A stretch of DNA of 40,845 nucleotides from a virus: positions 1-40,845 of the IMG/VR virus record IMGVR_UViG_3300032272_000033. One strand, written 5' to 3'. The notes under the pieces are model-generated. The model did no database searches. It saw only the letters and a program-made list of their open reading frames with translations, and was not told the origin of the DNA. A program made the position numbers and the translations under genes. Shown piece after piece: positions 1-8,885 of the stretch (position 1 is its first letter; every line of letters starts with the position of its first letter).

Positions 1-127
1 ACAGCCGTATCAGAAAACTGGCCAAAAGAAGAGTCGAAGCCATCTCTTGCAAATGTAGCCTTTGCAGGATCATCGAATCGACGAGGCATAACAAGACCAT
101 CGCTTTTGGCTCCACCGTCAAAGGTGG
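1..127. repeat. Terminal assembly overlap: 1-127 is identical to 40719-40845 (circular contig signature)
   Basis: I compared both ends base by base. The string acagccgtatcagaaaactgg...ctccaccgtcaaaggtgg is present at both ends, and a minus-strand reading frame is continuous across the join. Confidence 0.97.
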
Positions 128-299
128 CTGATCTTTCTTTCGCAGCGGCAATAGCTTCTTCCTGCGTCTTAAAGCCAGGCACACCTGGGCGTGATTGAAG
201 GAAGTTACCAATAGCTTCTTCGTCACTCTTGAAGCCGACCATAGGGACGTTTAGAAAACGACCATCGATCTCAAATGTTTCAGATTTCTCGTGGCTCAT
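1..299 (-). CDS. N-terminal part of an internal virion/ejection protein that continues at 40718->38708 after circularisation (full length 769 aa)
   Basis: ATG at 299-297 has AAGGAG (313-308) 8 nt upstream and overlaps the TGA of the upstream gene (ATGA). My translation MSHEKSETFEIDGRFLNVPMVGFKSDEEAIGNFLQSRPGVPGFKTQEEAIAAAKERSATFDGGAKSDGLV runs in frame into MPRRFDDPAK, the first residues of ORF-track entry 38708..40807. Confidence 0.85.
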   Translation of the reverse strand, partial: MSHEKSETFEIDGRFLNVPMVGFKSDEEAIGNFLQSRPGVPGFKTQEEAIAAAKERSATFDGGAKSDGLVMPRRFDDPAKATFARDGFDSSFGQFSDTA

Positions 300-2716
300 C
301 GTTTCAACTCCTTAAAGCCGCGTATGGCGTTCTCAAACCTCTCTTTATTGTTGCGAAACTTGTCCGCAGTAGAAGCATTCGCAGGCGGCTCAGGGGTAGG
401 CGTAAAAGAGTCTGCAAGAGGGTCACCACCACTGAAAACAGGAACGGCATCCTCAGCTATATCCAAGACAGGCTTCATAGCATCAAGCGCTTGCTCATGC
501 CAAGCTCTGTGGTCAGCAATAGGCTCTTTGCTTAAGATAGAGCTAAATGGGTTTATGATTGGATCGCCATTTCGATCAAGCACAGGTATCGTATCAAAAC
601 TATCTGGGCGCTTGATCATTAGCTGAACACCTGAGAAGTCGTTGGTGTTAGCCCAGAATCCATTATTCTCAATCTCGATCAAAGTATCTTCTTCTCTCTG
701 ATCATCTGTGAGATGACTGAGTCTTGAACCCATTGGAGCGATTCTTCCTTTATATACAGTTGAGGCATTGCTAATCCTATGCTTGAGCTCTGTTTCTATG
801 AACTCACTGGCTGGAGACTCTTCTTCATTGAGTTGATCTTTGGGTATAGCATACGTGTCGTATAGATCGTACTTCTTGGTAATGAGCTCCTTTATAAGAA
901 AGGCTTCAGGAGAATCATCGCCCATAACGGTGTTTGGAGAGAATTTACCAGGCTTCCTAGGGTCAGTTAAACGAATAACCGCAGAGGAGTTAGCTAAGAC
1001 GTCAGTGAGCCTCTTTATGTAAGTAGCCATCCGAGCAGAGCCTTTTCCTGATATCTTCATAACGTCCAGAAATTTCTTAAACTCTGAATTATCCGCCATC
1101 TTCTTCTTAATCTTCTCCATTGAGTCTACAACGGTGTCTCCAGTGTTCTTGAGTTCTTTATTAGCTAGCTGAGGATTTATCTTGGCTCCCTCAAAAACGA
1201 CTGAGAACAGTGGGTGCTCTATATAAGCAGCCGCAAAGGAGTAGTTAGCATTAAGCTCTCCCTCTCCACTCATTAGCTCATACAGACTTGGCTGACCGCC
1301 AGGCTGCCCATCATTGTTGTAGAACTCTCCGTAGTTCTTTTTCAACGAAAGGATGCCTTGCCTAAATAAAGCAGGATCATTCATCTGATTGAGAAAGTCT
1401 GCCGTTGCAGTAACAACCTCTTTAGGAAGTATTCGACGACGAGGATCACCGTGACGTATACCCATTTTCTCTTCTAAAGATAGCAGAGCTTTAATACCCT
1501 CAACATTGCTCCTCTGAAAGGCTTGAACAACAACCTGGTTCTTACCAATGTTTAAGATATAGTTGGCGGAGTCTTTAGATAGCTCAGCATTGATCTGGTC
1601 TGCAACCTTAGTGACCTGAGTGGCAATCTCAAGAGTATCAGTTAAGTTGGTCTTGCCCTCACCAGCCTTAACAGAAGCCTCAATCATGTGTTTTACATCT
1701 TTTGGATCAGCAAACTTAATTGCTTCAATACCATCATGAGTTCCTTTGGCTATGAACTGATCTCGCTTGTATGCCAGATATTTTGCTTTGCCTTTATTTC
1801 CTTTCACACCGTACTCAGCTATGAAGGCCTCTTCTTTGAGCTCCTCACCGGTACCAGTCAGCCGATTCTGCGTGATATTAGATGCAACCCCTTGTTCAAA
1901 AATACTTCTCTGCAGCAAATCAACTTGCTCAATTCGGCTTCTTATTCTTCCTCTAAAAGGACGCATCTCTTTTTCAGTGAGGATCTCATTGAACTTTCCG
2001 CTCTCTAGCATCTGCTCAGCAAGCTTAGGATCACTATCAACGAGTCCACTCAAGATCGCAGTACCAACAGTACTCTTGTAGACGTTATTGAACTTATCCA
2101 TGGTCATATTAGATAGAGCTAGTGCTCCGGATTCTTCTAGCTTTCTAACATCAGGGTCTTCTGAGAAAGGGAAGTTGTTCTTATCTAGTTGTTCTTTTAA
2201 GCCCTCGAGCGCGATCAGGGGTTGTTCATATCCAAAATTGCTGTCTGTGTCAGCTACTCTATTTAAGGCCTCGGTCGTTGCAGCAGTACTCAGAGCTCTT
2301 TGACGCTCAATAACGCTTGGAGTGATCCTATCGACGAAGCTTCTTGCACGAGCTTCGAAGGCGAGTTTAGCATCCTGACTCGGAGCCTTGTCTATATGCT
2401 CCGTCATGTTCAGTTGCATCTTCTCAATAACGTCTTGCTTGAATGATACGATAGATTCAGGGCTAGAGGTATCTCTGTTCCTTGTAAGATCTTCCATGGT
2501 ATCCATGGTCTGCTGCTGGAACTCAGAGGATGCTTTAGACATGTAAACGAAATCATTTCTTCTTTTCACATCTTGAGCATAGACACCAAGAGCCTTGCCT
2601 GCATTCTCGATCTCTCTTCCAGTCTGTTGGATATCTCTTATATCTCCACCAGATACTATAGAAGGTCCTAGATTAGGCTTTGGTGCTCCTCTTGAAACAA
2701 ATCTCTTTTTTGGCAT
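296..2716 (-). CDS. Large internal virion protein (T7 gp15-like position), 806 aa
   Basis: Uninterrupted 806-codon ORF whose stop overlaps the next start (ATGA at 296-299). It sits after the nozzle and gp13/gp14-like genes, as in T7-type ejection-protein blocks. No enzymatic motif was recognised. Confidence 0.55.
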   Translation of the reverse strand: MPKKRFVSRGAPKPNLGPSIVSGGDIRDIQQTGREIENAGKALGVYAQDVKRRNDFVYMSKASSEFQQQTMDTMEDLTRNRDTSSPESIVSFKQDVIEKMQLNMTEHIDKAPSQDAKLAFEARARSFVDRITPSVIERQRALSTAATTEALNRVADTDSNFGYEQPLIALEGLKEQLDKNNFPFSEDPDVRKLEESGALALSNMTMDKFNNVYKSTVGTAILSGLVDSDPKLAEQMLESGKFNEILTEKEMRPFRGRIRSRIEQVDLLQRSIFEQGVASNITQNRLTGTGEELKEEAFIAEYGVKGNKGKAKYLAYKRDQFIAKGTHDGIEAIKFADPKDVKHMIEASVKAGEGKTNLTDTLEIATQVTKVADQINAELSKDSANYILNIGKNQVVVQAFQRSNVEGIKALLSLEEKMGIRHGDPRRRILPKEVVTATADFLNQMNDPALFRQGILSLKKNYGEFYNNDGQPGGQPSLYELMSGEGELNANYSFAAAYIEHPLFSVVFEGAKINPQLANKELKNTGDTVVDSMEKIKKKMADNSEFKKFLDVMKISGKGSARMATYIKRLTDVLANSSAVIRLTDPRKPGKFSPNTVMGDDSPEAFLIKELITKKYDLYDTYAIPKDQLNEEESPASEFIETELKHRISNASTVYKGRIAPMGSRLSHLTDDQREEDTLIEIENNGFWANTNDFSGVQLMIKRPDSFDTIPVLDRNGDPIINPFSSILSKEPIADHRAWHEQALDAMKPVLDIAEDAVPVFSGGDPLADSFTPTPEPPANASTADKFRNNKERFENAIRGFKELKR

Positions 2717-2728
2717 AATAGACCTTTA

Positions 2729-3160
2729 TTATAGTTGTGCTATTTGTGAAGCACCGCCAGCAGCCTGAGTAGCTGCTTTAACAAAACCAGCCTCTAAAGC
2801 CACCTTCGCTTTGAAGTTGGAAATACGGCCTTGATTCCTGTTGTTAAGAGCATCAACTTCTGCTGCAAAATCAAGAAGCAAGGATTCTCTTTCGTAATCA
2901 GCAATATCGTCAAAATCAGCATCAGACAGCTCTGCTACATTACCACTACCGCCCGCAGCTACTAAATTGTCTCCAACAAAACGTCTAAAGGCTTTTTGGT
3001 CAATCTTCTTCTGGTTTTCTCTATTGCCTTCAACAGCCAAGGCATTGGCCTTGAATATCCTCGAATTAGCCTTGTTCAGAGAATGACTAGCTTTGGCTGA
3101 CATCATAGTGCCAACCATCTGCAAGCCGGTGGACCCTCCCATCATTGCTGCAACGCTCAT
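2729..3160 (-). CDS. Small internal virion protein (gp14-like position), 143 aa
   Basis: ORF with a Gly/Met/Ala-rich hydrophobic N-terminus (MSVAAMMGGSTGLQMVGTMMSA) and a helical charged remainder. Its start overlaps the stop of the upstream gene. The call rests on synteny with T7-type virion modules. Confidence 0.45.
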   Translation of the reverse strand: MSVAAMMGGSTGLQMVGTMMSAKASHSLNKANSRIFKANALAVEGNRENQKKIDQKAFRRFVGDNLVAAGGSGNVAELSDADFDDIADYERESLLLDFAAEVDALNNRNQGRISNFKAKVALEAGFVKAATQAAGGASQIAQL

Positions 3161-3603
3161 TATCGCACCCTTGAAGCCATCCAGTGATCTTCACCAGATG
3201 AGGTAAACTTTCTTAAAAGACCTTCTGTCTCAAACCCGAAGAGCCTGCAGAATTTCATTTGTTTCTTATCGTTAGCAATAGTAATCTGGAGCCTGTGAAA
3301 TGAATACTTGTTAATAGCATCTTCTATAGAGCTGTTAGCTACTCTAATAAACTCGCGCAAAGGAATCTTGTTAAATGAGTTAGATATAAAACACCACAGC
3401 TCTCCAACGCCCGGCCAAAGCTTGGTTATACCACCGACCATGAGAACCTCTCCGTCATAGAAGCATGTGCCTATATGGTAGTTGTAAGGCATAAAAGCTA
3501 TTTCTTTTTTGAATCCGTTAGCGATACGAACAACCTGCTCTTCAGGGATATCTATAGCATCCAAGTGCCAGGTTTCAAAAGGTACTGTTATAAGTCTACG
3601 CAT
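3160..3603 (-). CDS. gp13-like virion-module protein with GNAT-like C-terminal segment, 147 aa
   Basis: Position and size match T7 gp13 (directly after the nozzle gene). The segment HRLQITIANDKKQMKFCRLFGFETEGLLRKF resembles the GNAT beta-alpha-beta core, but I did not see a Q/R-x-x-G-x-G/A acetyl-CoA loop. Confidence 0.4.
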   Translation of the reverse strand: MRRLITVPFETWHLDAIDIPEEQVVRIANGFKKEIAFMPYNYHIGTCFYDGEVLMVGGITKLWPGVGELWCFISNSFNKIPLREFIRVANSSIEDAINKYSFHRLQITIANDKKQMKFCRLFGFETEGLLRKFTSSGEDHWMASRVR

Positions 3604-5623
3604 TAACTCTAAACCTTGTTGTTATCTGGGTAACAGTAAAAGGACCAGGAAGATTCTGCACTATTAGAACTCCTTCATGCTCTTCTTCGTAGTCTGATTC
3701 AAAGTCAGTGGTATGCCGTTCAGACATTAAAGGAACAGCAGTATCCATAGTGTCTTCAAAGTCTCTTGGATCTATATCCTGCAGTAAGTTGTCAGTAGGT
3801 CCAACACTACCACCTAAGGATTCGAACACTTTCAAAATAACCTTGCTTATGTTGATAACAGCTCCCTGCGATTTCTCAGTAGTGGTCTCAACTGAAGGTC
3901 GTAAAGTCTTCATCCTAGCCGTATAAGGCAGTCCGACATGAACCTTGACCGCATCGTAATCAAGGGTTATTTGCCCTCCCACGACTAATTGTTGCGGATG
4001 TACTTTACCATCAGCGAGTATTGAAACAGTTTCTCCGTCTAGATGATCAAGCCCTGTGATGGTACTAGTGGCCACACCACTATAGGTTATTCCTGAATCA
4101 ACAAAGAAAGCATCGTGAGCAGTTACTGAGCCAATGAGGCGGAAAGTAGGCTTAAGAACCTCTACATACCTATGAACAACTCCGCCAATGGTTCTATTTA
4201 CCAGCATGTACAAAGTGTTAGATTTGCCATCGATAGAAGGTATTGAAGCAATAGACTCTACAAGAGCGGGTCCAGCAAGTGTGGCTCCTAGTTGATGTCT
4301 GTGTACGCCAAGAACGTTCTGATCTTTATCAAAGGTCATACAGAGCAGTGTACCATCGGTAAGATATCCCCATATCAAATTATGAGGCTCTTCTGTATAT
4401 TGGATCCCTCCAATACCAACAAGAGGTATGTGCTCACTGAATACAGTCAAGTCTGGAGAAACAAAGCCGTCTTGTCCGAAGTCAAATACAATTTCTCTGA
4501 TTTTAGTAGTGCTTCTAGATACGAACACCAGAGACTTGTCTATGATAGCTGGAGCTATTCTACCCGCTCCGTTAAAAACCTCTCTACGAGCCAAGGCGTT
4601 ACCATCAGAAATGGCTTCAGTGGTTGTTCCTGAGAAAATACTCCAGATACCATCAGTTGTTCCAGCTAGTAGATTTTTAGCAGATATAAGCCACTGGATG
4701 GCATTAACTCTGTTGGCGGCTAAGGTCTTCTGAAAGGCATGAGAAGCAGTAACAGTCCCGTCTCGATCAGAAGGAGCCATGCTTAGGAAGTCACCGACCT
4801 CTGAAGCCCAATAAGTATTTGGCTCTGCAATAGTAGAAGCCACTATCAAACGCTCATCGTGAAACTCACCTACAGTAGGGTATCCTAAACCACGAGACCA
4901 AGAACCTAGCCTCCATGTTGTAACAGGACCTCCAGCAGCAAAGTCATTGACGATCGTTATCTCTACAAGAGTGCTTGAAGTGTAGCCAGATATCCAACCA
5001 AAACCCCAAGTAGTTCCGTGCTTTATTCTAACAAAACGATCAAGGTCTGAGCCTACGAATAAAGGAGCGCTAGCCGTCAGTGTTGTAACACCAGAAAGAG
5101 CGCCAAGAGTTAGAGTAAGTGTCGTGGTGTTCTCGGCCAAATAAGGACCGTCAAGATCGCGACTATTTAAAATAGTCCACAACACGTCAGAAGTTCTGGT
5201 CACTGCATGTATTGGCTTAGTTGGGTGGAAGATGTACAGAAAATCAGCAGACTGTACAAAAGTACATTCATTTATCTCAGCTAAGGTGTATGGAGATACT
5301 ATTTCCAGTGGAACGGTAGGAGCAGACTCTATTTGAGTTTCGTCCTTGTATACACGCACATAAAGTTCTCCAAACTCCAAGACATAGGCTTGTTCAGTAG
5401 AGAACTCAAAAGGGTATAAAAGACCTCCAGCACTCTCATTCTTGATAGGAGCTATGTAAGCAGAACCTCCTCTTTTTGTAAGAGGCCCGTGCTTTAGACA
5501 GATCATATTCAAAATCTCTGCCATGCCTTTTGTTCGTTTCTCAACGTCCTCTCTGGTATCCAACCAAGGACTGAACTCACCTGCAGACATATCTGTTTGA
5601 GTAACTTTGTGTACGTTTCCCAT
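3596..5623 (-). CDS. Tail tubular protein B / nozzle (T7 gp12-like), 675 aa
   Basis: Large beta-rich ORF directly after the adaptor-like gene. The N-terminus (SAGEFSPWLDTREDVEKRTKG...GPLTKRGGS) resembles podoviral nozzle proteins as I remember them. Supported by synteny. Confidence 0.6.
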   Translation of the reverse strand: MGNVHKVTQTDMSAGEFSPWLDTREDVEKRTKGMAEILNMICLKHGPLTKRGGSAYIAPIKNESAGGLLYPFEFSTEQAYVLEFGELYVRVYKDETQIESAPTVPLEIVSPYTLAEINECTFVQSADFLYIFHPTKPIHAVTRTSDVLWTILNSRDLDGPYLAENTTTLTLTLGALSGVTTLTASAPLFVGSDLDRFVRIKHGTTWGFGWISGYTSSTLVEITIVNDFAAGGPVTTWRLGSWSRGLGYPTVGEFHDERLIVASTIAEPNTYWASEVGDFLSMAPSDRDGTVTASHAFQKTLAANRVNAIQWLISAKNLLAGTTDGIWSIFSGTTTEAISDGNALARREVFNGAGRIAPAIIDKSLVFVSRSTTKIREIVFDFGQDGFVSPDLTVFSEHIPLVGIGGIQYTEEPHNLIWGYLTDGTLLCMTFDKDQNVLGVHRHQLGATLAGPALVESIASIPSIDGKSNTLYMLVNRTIGGVVHRYVEVLKPTFRLIGSVTAHDAFFVDSGITYSGVATSTITGLDHLDGETVSILADGKVHPQQLVVGGQITLDYDAVKVHVGLPYTARMKTLRPSVETTTEKSQGAVINISKVILKVFESLGGSVGPTDNLLQDIDPRDFEDTMDTAVPLMSERHTTDFESDYEEEHEGVLIVQNLPGPFTVTQITTRFRVNA

Positions 5624-6195
5624 TATAAGTCAATAGCTCCCGTCCACTCATCATCGCCGATAAACTCTTCTTTTCCTGACTCTTGTGCATTTATGGTTCG
5701 TGCTTCTCCAAGCTTCATCAAGTATAGGTTAAGCAAGCCTGTAGCTAAATCGACGTCGTCTGCCACAGACTTAGCTATATCAGAAGCTACTCGAGCTGCA
5801 ATACACTCGACAAGAAGAGCATCAAACAAAGTAACATCATCAAGTCTCTTTATGTACGTTACATCAATAGAGGACTGATTGGCTAGAACCTTCTTACCTT
5901 CAACAATCCATTCGTCATCTGGAACTTTATATAGACTCACGATGCGTAAACAATCACCAGGCCAATCAAACTGGTTATCCCACTCAAATGGAGGCGGAGT
6001 TAAATTTGGGCCGATTCTAGCTCTTGCCTTGGCTGAGTTCCAAGGGTGAGCTCTAAGGACGGCATCCTTTGAGGTCTCATAGGCTAAGTTAAATGCTTTG
6101 GCGATCTTCTTGTTTTCGTCCAGGTCTGTTATGATAACAGAAGAGCCTAGAAGAACTGCTGTTTTATTTGCAATCTGTAAAAGATCAGTAGCCAT
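5623..6195 (-). CDS. Tail tubular protein A / head-tail adaptor (T7 gp11-like), 190 aa
   Basis: The size and the N-terminal pattern LLQIANKTAVLLGSSVIITDLDENKKIAKAFNLAYETSKDAVLRAHPWNSA are typical of podoviral adaptor proteins. Gene order is capsid, adaptor, nozzle. Confidence 0.6.
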   Translation of the reverse strand: MATDLLQIANKTAVLLGSSVIITDLDENKKIAKAFNLAYETSKDAVLRAHPWNSAKARARIGPNLTPPPFEWDNQFDWPGDCLRIVSLYKVPDDEWIVEGKKVLANQSSIDVTYIKRLDDVTLFDALLVECIAARVASDIAKSVADDVDLATGLLNLYLMKLGEARTINAQESGKEEFIGDDEWTGAIDL

Positions 6196-6220
6196 TTTAT
6201 CTTCCTACATTTAAAGAGGA

Positions 6221-6244
6221 GGGAGGGGGAAGATTCCCCCTCCC
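6221..6244 (-). terminator. Intrinsic terminator after the decoration-like gene
   Basis: Perfect 11-bp inverted repeat gggagggggaa/ttccccctccc. On the minus strand it is followed by TCCTCTTTAAAT. Confidence 0.65.
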
Positions 6245-6250
6245 AGATCG

Positions 6251-6673
6251 TTAGTCCAGAGTGTACTCAATAACCGCCTTGATGGTGCCAGTTGCAGCAC
6301 CTACGCCGACAGTCAAGATGAGCTCAGTTTCGGCAGTGTACTCATACCCAAAACCTGAGTCAATCTGATTCTCATCCATCTCGCCGACACCTGCGGATGT
6401 GAAGACAGTGGCGGTGATCAACCGATCAACGTCACCCGCATCACCCATAGAAAGAGTAACACCAGCACCAAGAGCATCCGATAAAATCTTCGCGCTCTTG
6501 ATCTTAGCTCCCTTGGGAATTAAACCAAGTCCGATAGTCTGTCCTGCAGCGAGAGCCGCGGCCTCATACGTATCATGAATAACACGTACTCGACCATGAA
6601 ACTCTTTGCTCATGACAGGCTCTACCGGAACATTTAACGTCATTTGGTAGTTGACGCCATTTACATCAGACAT
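6251..6673 (-). CDS. Putative capsid decoration/cement protein, 140 aa
   Basis: Small Gly/Ala/Val-rich beta-type ORF directly after the major capsid gene, bracketed by two terminator hairpins. Its size and position recall the MCP plus 140-aa cement protein pair of BPP-1-type podoviruses (from memory). Confidence 0.4.
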   Translation of the reverse strand: MSDVNGVNYQMTLNVPVEPVMSKEFHGRVRVIHDTYEAAALAAGQTIGLGLIPKGAKIKSAKILSDALGAGVTLSMGDAGDVDRLITATVFTSAGVGEMDENQIDSGFGYEYTAETELILTVGVGAATGTIKAVIEYTLD

Positions 6674-6690
6674 GGCTGTGCTCCAGTTAA

Positions 6691-6720
6691 GATTTAAAAG
6701 TAACTACTACAAAGTAGTAG
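6691..6720 (-). terminator. Intrinsic (probably partial) terminator after the major capsid gene
   Basis: The minus strand reads CTACTAC-TTT-GTAGTAG (7-bp stem, plus-strand coordinates 6704-6720), followed by TTACTTTTAAATCTT. Confidence 0.55.
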
Positions 6721-6738
6721 CTAGTGTCAGATCAAGGT

Positions 6739-7626
6739 TTAGGTCTCGTCACATAAAACCTGTAGGACTTTACCTTCTTCCATACGAGTGGAGTTACAAT
6801 GAACTTCTGCAAACACCTGTACAGAGTACTTCTTTCCAGGCAACCGATCAATTTCAGTGTTGATGTCATCGCCCATAGCAAGCAAGATCCCGGACTGAGT
6901 CCAAGCCATACACTTACGGTAAGCAGAAGAATCTACACCAAGACGCTCGATCTCAATAAAGGTGAAACCCATGAAGGCATCAACTTCACCGTTGACCAAA
7001 GCTTTGACCAAGTTGTAATCTGCGCTACCGACCTGAGTCGTGGTCAACAGATCTTGAATCTGCTGAGCAGAACATGCGAAATACCAAGGCTCATTCTTTC
7101 GAACCTGAGCTTGTCGCAACTTGGTTCGACATCGACGCAACTTGTCAATGGTCAAGCCCGTGTTACCAGAGCCACCATCATCATGGTAATCTACCGGGAT
7201 GATATCACCTGCTGGAAAGCTAACTGCAGTTGAACCCGTTTTACCAGAGTAGGCAGTACCGAATCCTGCTTCGATGATAACATCATCAATTTTACGTCCC
7301 AAGGACATAGAAGCATTAACGGTATACGCACCCTGCGGATCCATTAACAAGCGGAGCTTATCTTTCTTGTCGATAAGATCAGCCCAATGAAAGTCACGCA
7401 GAGTAACACGTCGACGATCGTGTGGAGTGTTAACGTATACAGTATCACCGTGGCGCGTGGTGTCTTCCGTAGCGTCAGTCGCTCCGATTCGATCGTAGAA
7501 ATCGCTCTCTACGTTCTGTGATTCCTGTCGAACGGCTCCTCGTAAGAGGGAACCTTCCTGTTGAAGCAGGAAATCCACATTGGCGTTGTAACCTTGTACC
7601 ATTGCGGTAGTAATTTGGTCAGACAT
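6739..7626 (-). CDS. Major capsid protein, 295 aa
   Basis: Strongest SD in the arm (AGGAGG before the ATG). It follows the scaffold gene. The N-terminus MSDQITTAMVQGYNANVDFLLQQEGSLLRGAVRQESQ...FYDRIG...RHGDT...HDRRRV...HWADLIDKKDKLRLLMDPQ matches my memory of podoviral HK97-fold capsid proteins. Confidence 0.8.
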   Translation of the reverse strand: MSDQITTAMVQGYNANVDFLLQQEGSLLRGAVRQESQNVESDFYDRIGATDATEDTTRHGDTVYVNTPHDRRRVTLRDFHWADLIDKKDKLRLLMDPQGAYTVNASMSLGRKIDDVIIEAGFGTAYSGKTGSTAVSFPAGDIIPVDYHDDGGSGNTGLTIDKLRRCRTKLRQAQVRKNEPWYFACSAQQIQDLLTTTQVGSADYNLVKALVNGEVDAFMGFTFIEIERLGVDSSAYRKCMAWTQSGILLAMGDDINTEIDRLPGKKYSVQVFAEVHCNSTRMEEGKVLQVLCDET

Positions 7627-7642
7627 TCCGTCCTCCTAGTTA

Positions 7643-7670
7643 ATATTAAAGTTGGGTTGAAAACAAACAA
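7643..7670 (-). promoter_or_regulatory. Possible sigma70-like promoter for capsid gene (TTGTTT-N16-TAATAT)
   Basis: On the minus strand, TTGTTT is the complement of 7665-7670 and TAATAT the complement of 7643-7648. It lies in a 121-nt intergenic region with small hairpins. Confidence 0.3.
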
Positions 7671-7747
7671 GCTACCCGAGGACGGACCTGTTCTGACCTT
7701 TAACGTCAGGCTAGAGACGTTGGACCCTTGCGGGCTACCCGGTGGTT

Positions 7748-8629
7748 CTACTTCCGATTGTTTGGATGAGCCATATCCAATAACTTATTCATTTTTTCCA
7801 TGGCCGCTCGTTTTTGAGGACTGTTTCCAGCTTCCATATAAACCGTCATGAAGTCTTTATCAGCACGCAGTCGAGTGAGTTCTTGCTTAGCGCTATCAGG
7901 AGACATGACCTGGTTGAACGAAGCACCCTCGCCACCCTCACCGCGATGTTCAGCAATCATTTTACCGAACGTTGAGAAGGCTTTAGTAACAGCAGGGTGG
8001 TGAGCTAAACCAGTTTCAATGAGCAAGTTGCTCAGTTCTGGATCATTGATAAACCCAACGGCACGCTGACCAAGGGATATTGTTTCATCGTATGCTTTTC
8101 CAAATTGTTTCTTGGACTCTTGTTCCCACTCAGCAACCTGTAAGTCGGAGGCCTCTCCCATGCTAGCAACCTGGCCGCCTTGGAACTCAGCGAGCGTTTG
8201 AACAATCTTGGTGACCTGGTCTTGTCGTAAACCGATCTCACCAAAGACTCCTCTGAAAGCATCTTCCATTTTCTGGTCATGTACCACGCCTTCAGGATAC
8301 TGGTCGAGAGTCATATTGTATTTGTCAGGTGAATCAGGAGCCCCAATAGAAGTGTGAAACTCTTTCCAAGCCTCAGGAGTAGCATCAGCTCCAGGCAAAG
8401 GAAGCCGCGTCTTACCAATCATAGACTGGGCAGACTCATAAGTCTTCATCAACCCTTCAAAATCCTTAATATCCTTAAGAGCGGGGTTGTCTTTGAAGTG
8501 GTCTGGGATAGGTGTTGATGTAACACCAGGCCCGCTACCAGGAGGAGTACCGCCAGCAGCAATGCCTCCTCCTTGTGCACCTTCTCCTTCAAACATAATG
8601 TGTGGTCTCATAAAGTGATCAAATTTCAT
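7748..8629 (-). CDS. Scaffolding protein, 293 aa
   Basis: It lies between the portal and capsid genes. It has a Gly/Pro-rich linker, is helical and charged, and carries a KYNMTLDQYPEG-type motif common in podoviral scaffolds. Confidence 0.6.
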   Translation of the reverse strand: MKFDHFMRPHIMFEGEGAQGGGIAAGGTPPGSGPGVTSTPIPDHFKDNPALKDIKDFEGLMKTYESAQSMIGKTRLPLPGADATPEAWKEFHTSIGAPDSPDKYNMTLDQYPEGVVHDQKMEDAFRGVFGEIGLRQDQVTKIVQTLAEFQGGQVASMGEASDLQVAEWEQESKKQFGKAYDETISLGQRAVGFINDPELSNLLIETGLAHHPAVTKAFSTFGKMIAEHRGEGGEGASFNQVMSPDSAKQELTRLRADKDFMTVYMEAGNSPQKRAAMEKMNKLLDMAHPNNRK

Positions 8630-8885
8630 AGCTATCTGCCTCCTCTAACGTATCCATTAGTGTTTGAGGATCAACTCGGAGGGTGTTCAATATATCCAAA
8701 ACCACTCGGCGTTGTCCTTCATTTTCAGTGCTCTGTTCTTTATCTCCAACAACACGCGTTGGTCTTAGAACATGGTATTTTGCAATTAAATCTGCAAGAA
8801 CAAACTTTCCATCATCGCTCCCGAACACCCTGCGATAAGTTCCAGACTTGTTCAAGTTTCTTGCTAAACGAGATGCAATACTCAT
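8619..8885 (-). CDS. Hypothetical protein, 88 aa
   Basis: The ORF starts directly at the portal stop and overlaps the scaffold start by 11 nt (translational coupling). Confidence 0.6.
   Translation of the reverse strand: MSIASRLARNLNKSGTYRRVFGSDDGKFVLADLIAKYHVLRPTRVVGDKEQSTENEGQRRVVLDILNTLRVDPQTLMDTLEEADSYEI

Noticed and set aside
4292-4733. Alternative-frame and antisense ORFs inside long structural and replication genes (for example 4292-4633, 4428-4733, 6799-7233, 9485-9931, 24192-24681, 32456-32881, 37288-37722, 39492-39794)
   Set aside because: They are fully nested in longer ORFs with recognisable domains or synteny. They have no SD and a low-complexity Ser/Leu/Arg-rich composition typical of shadow frames.
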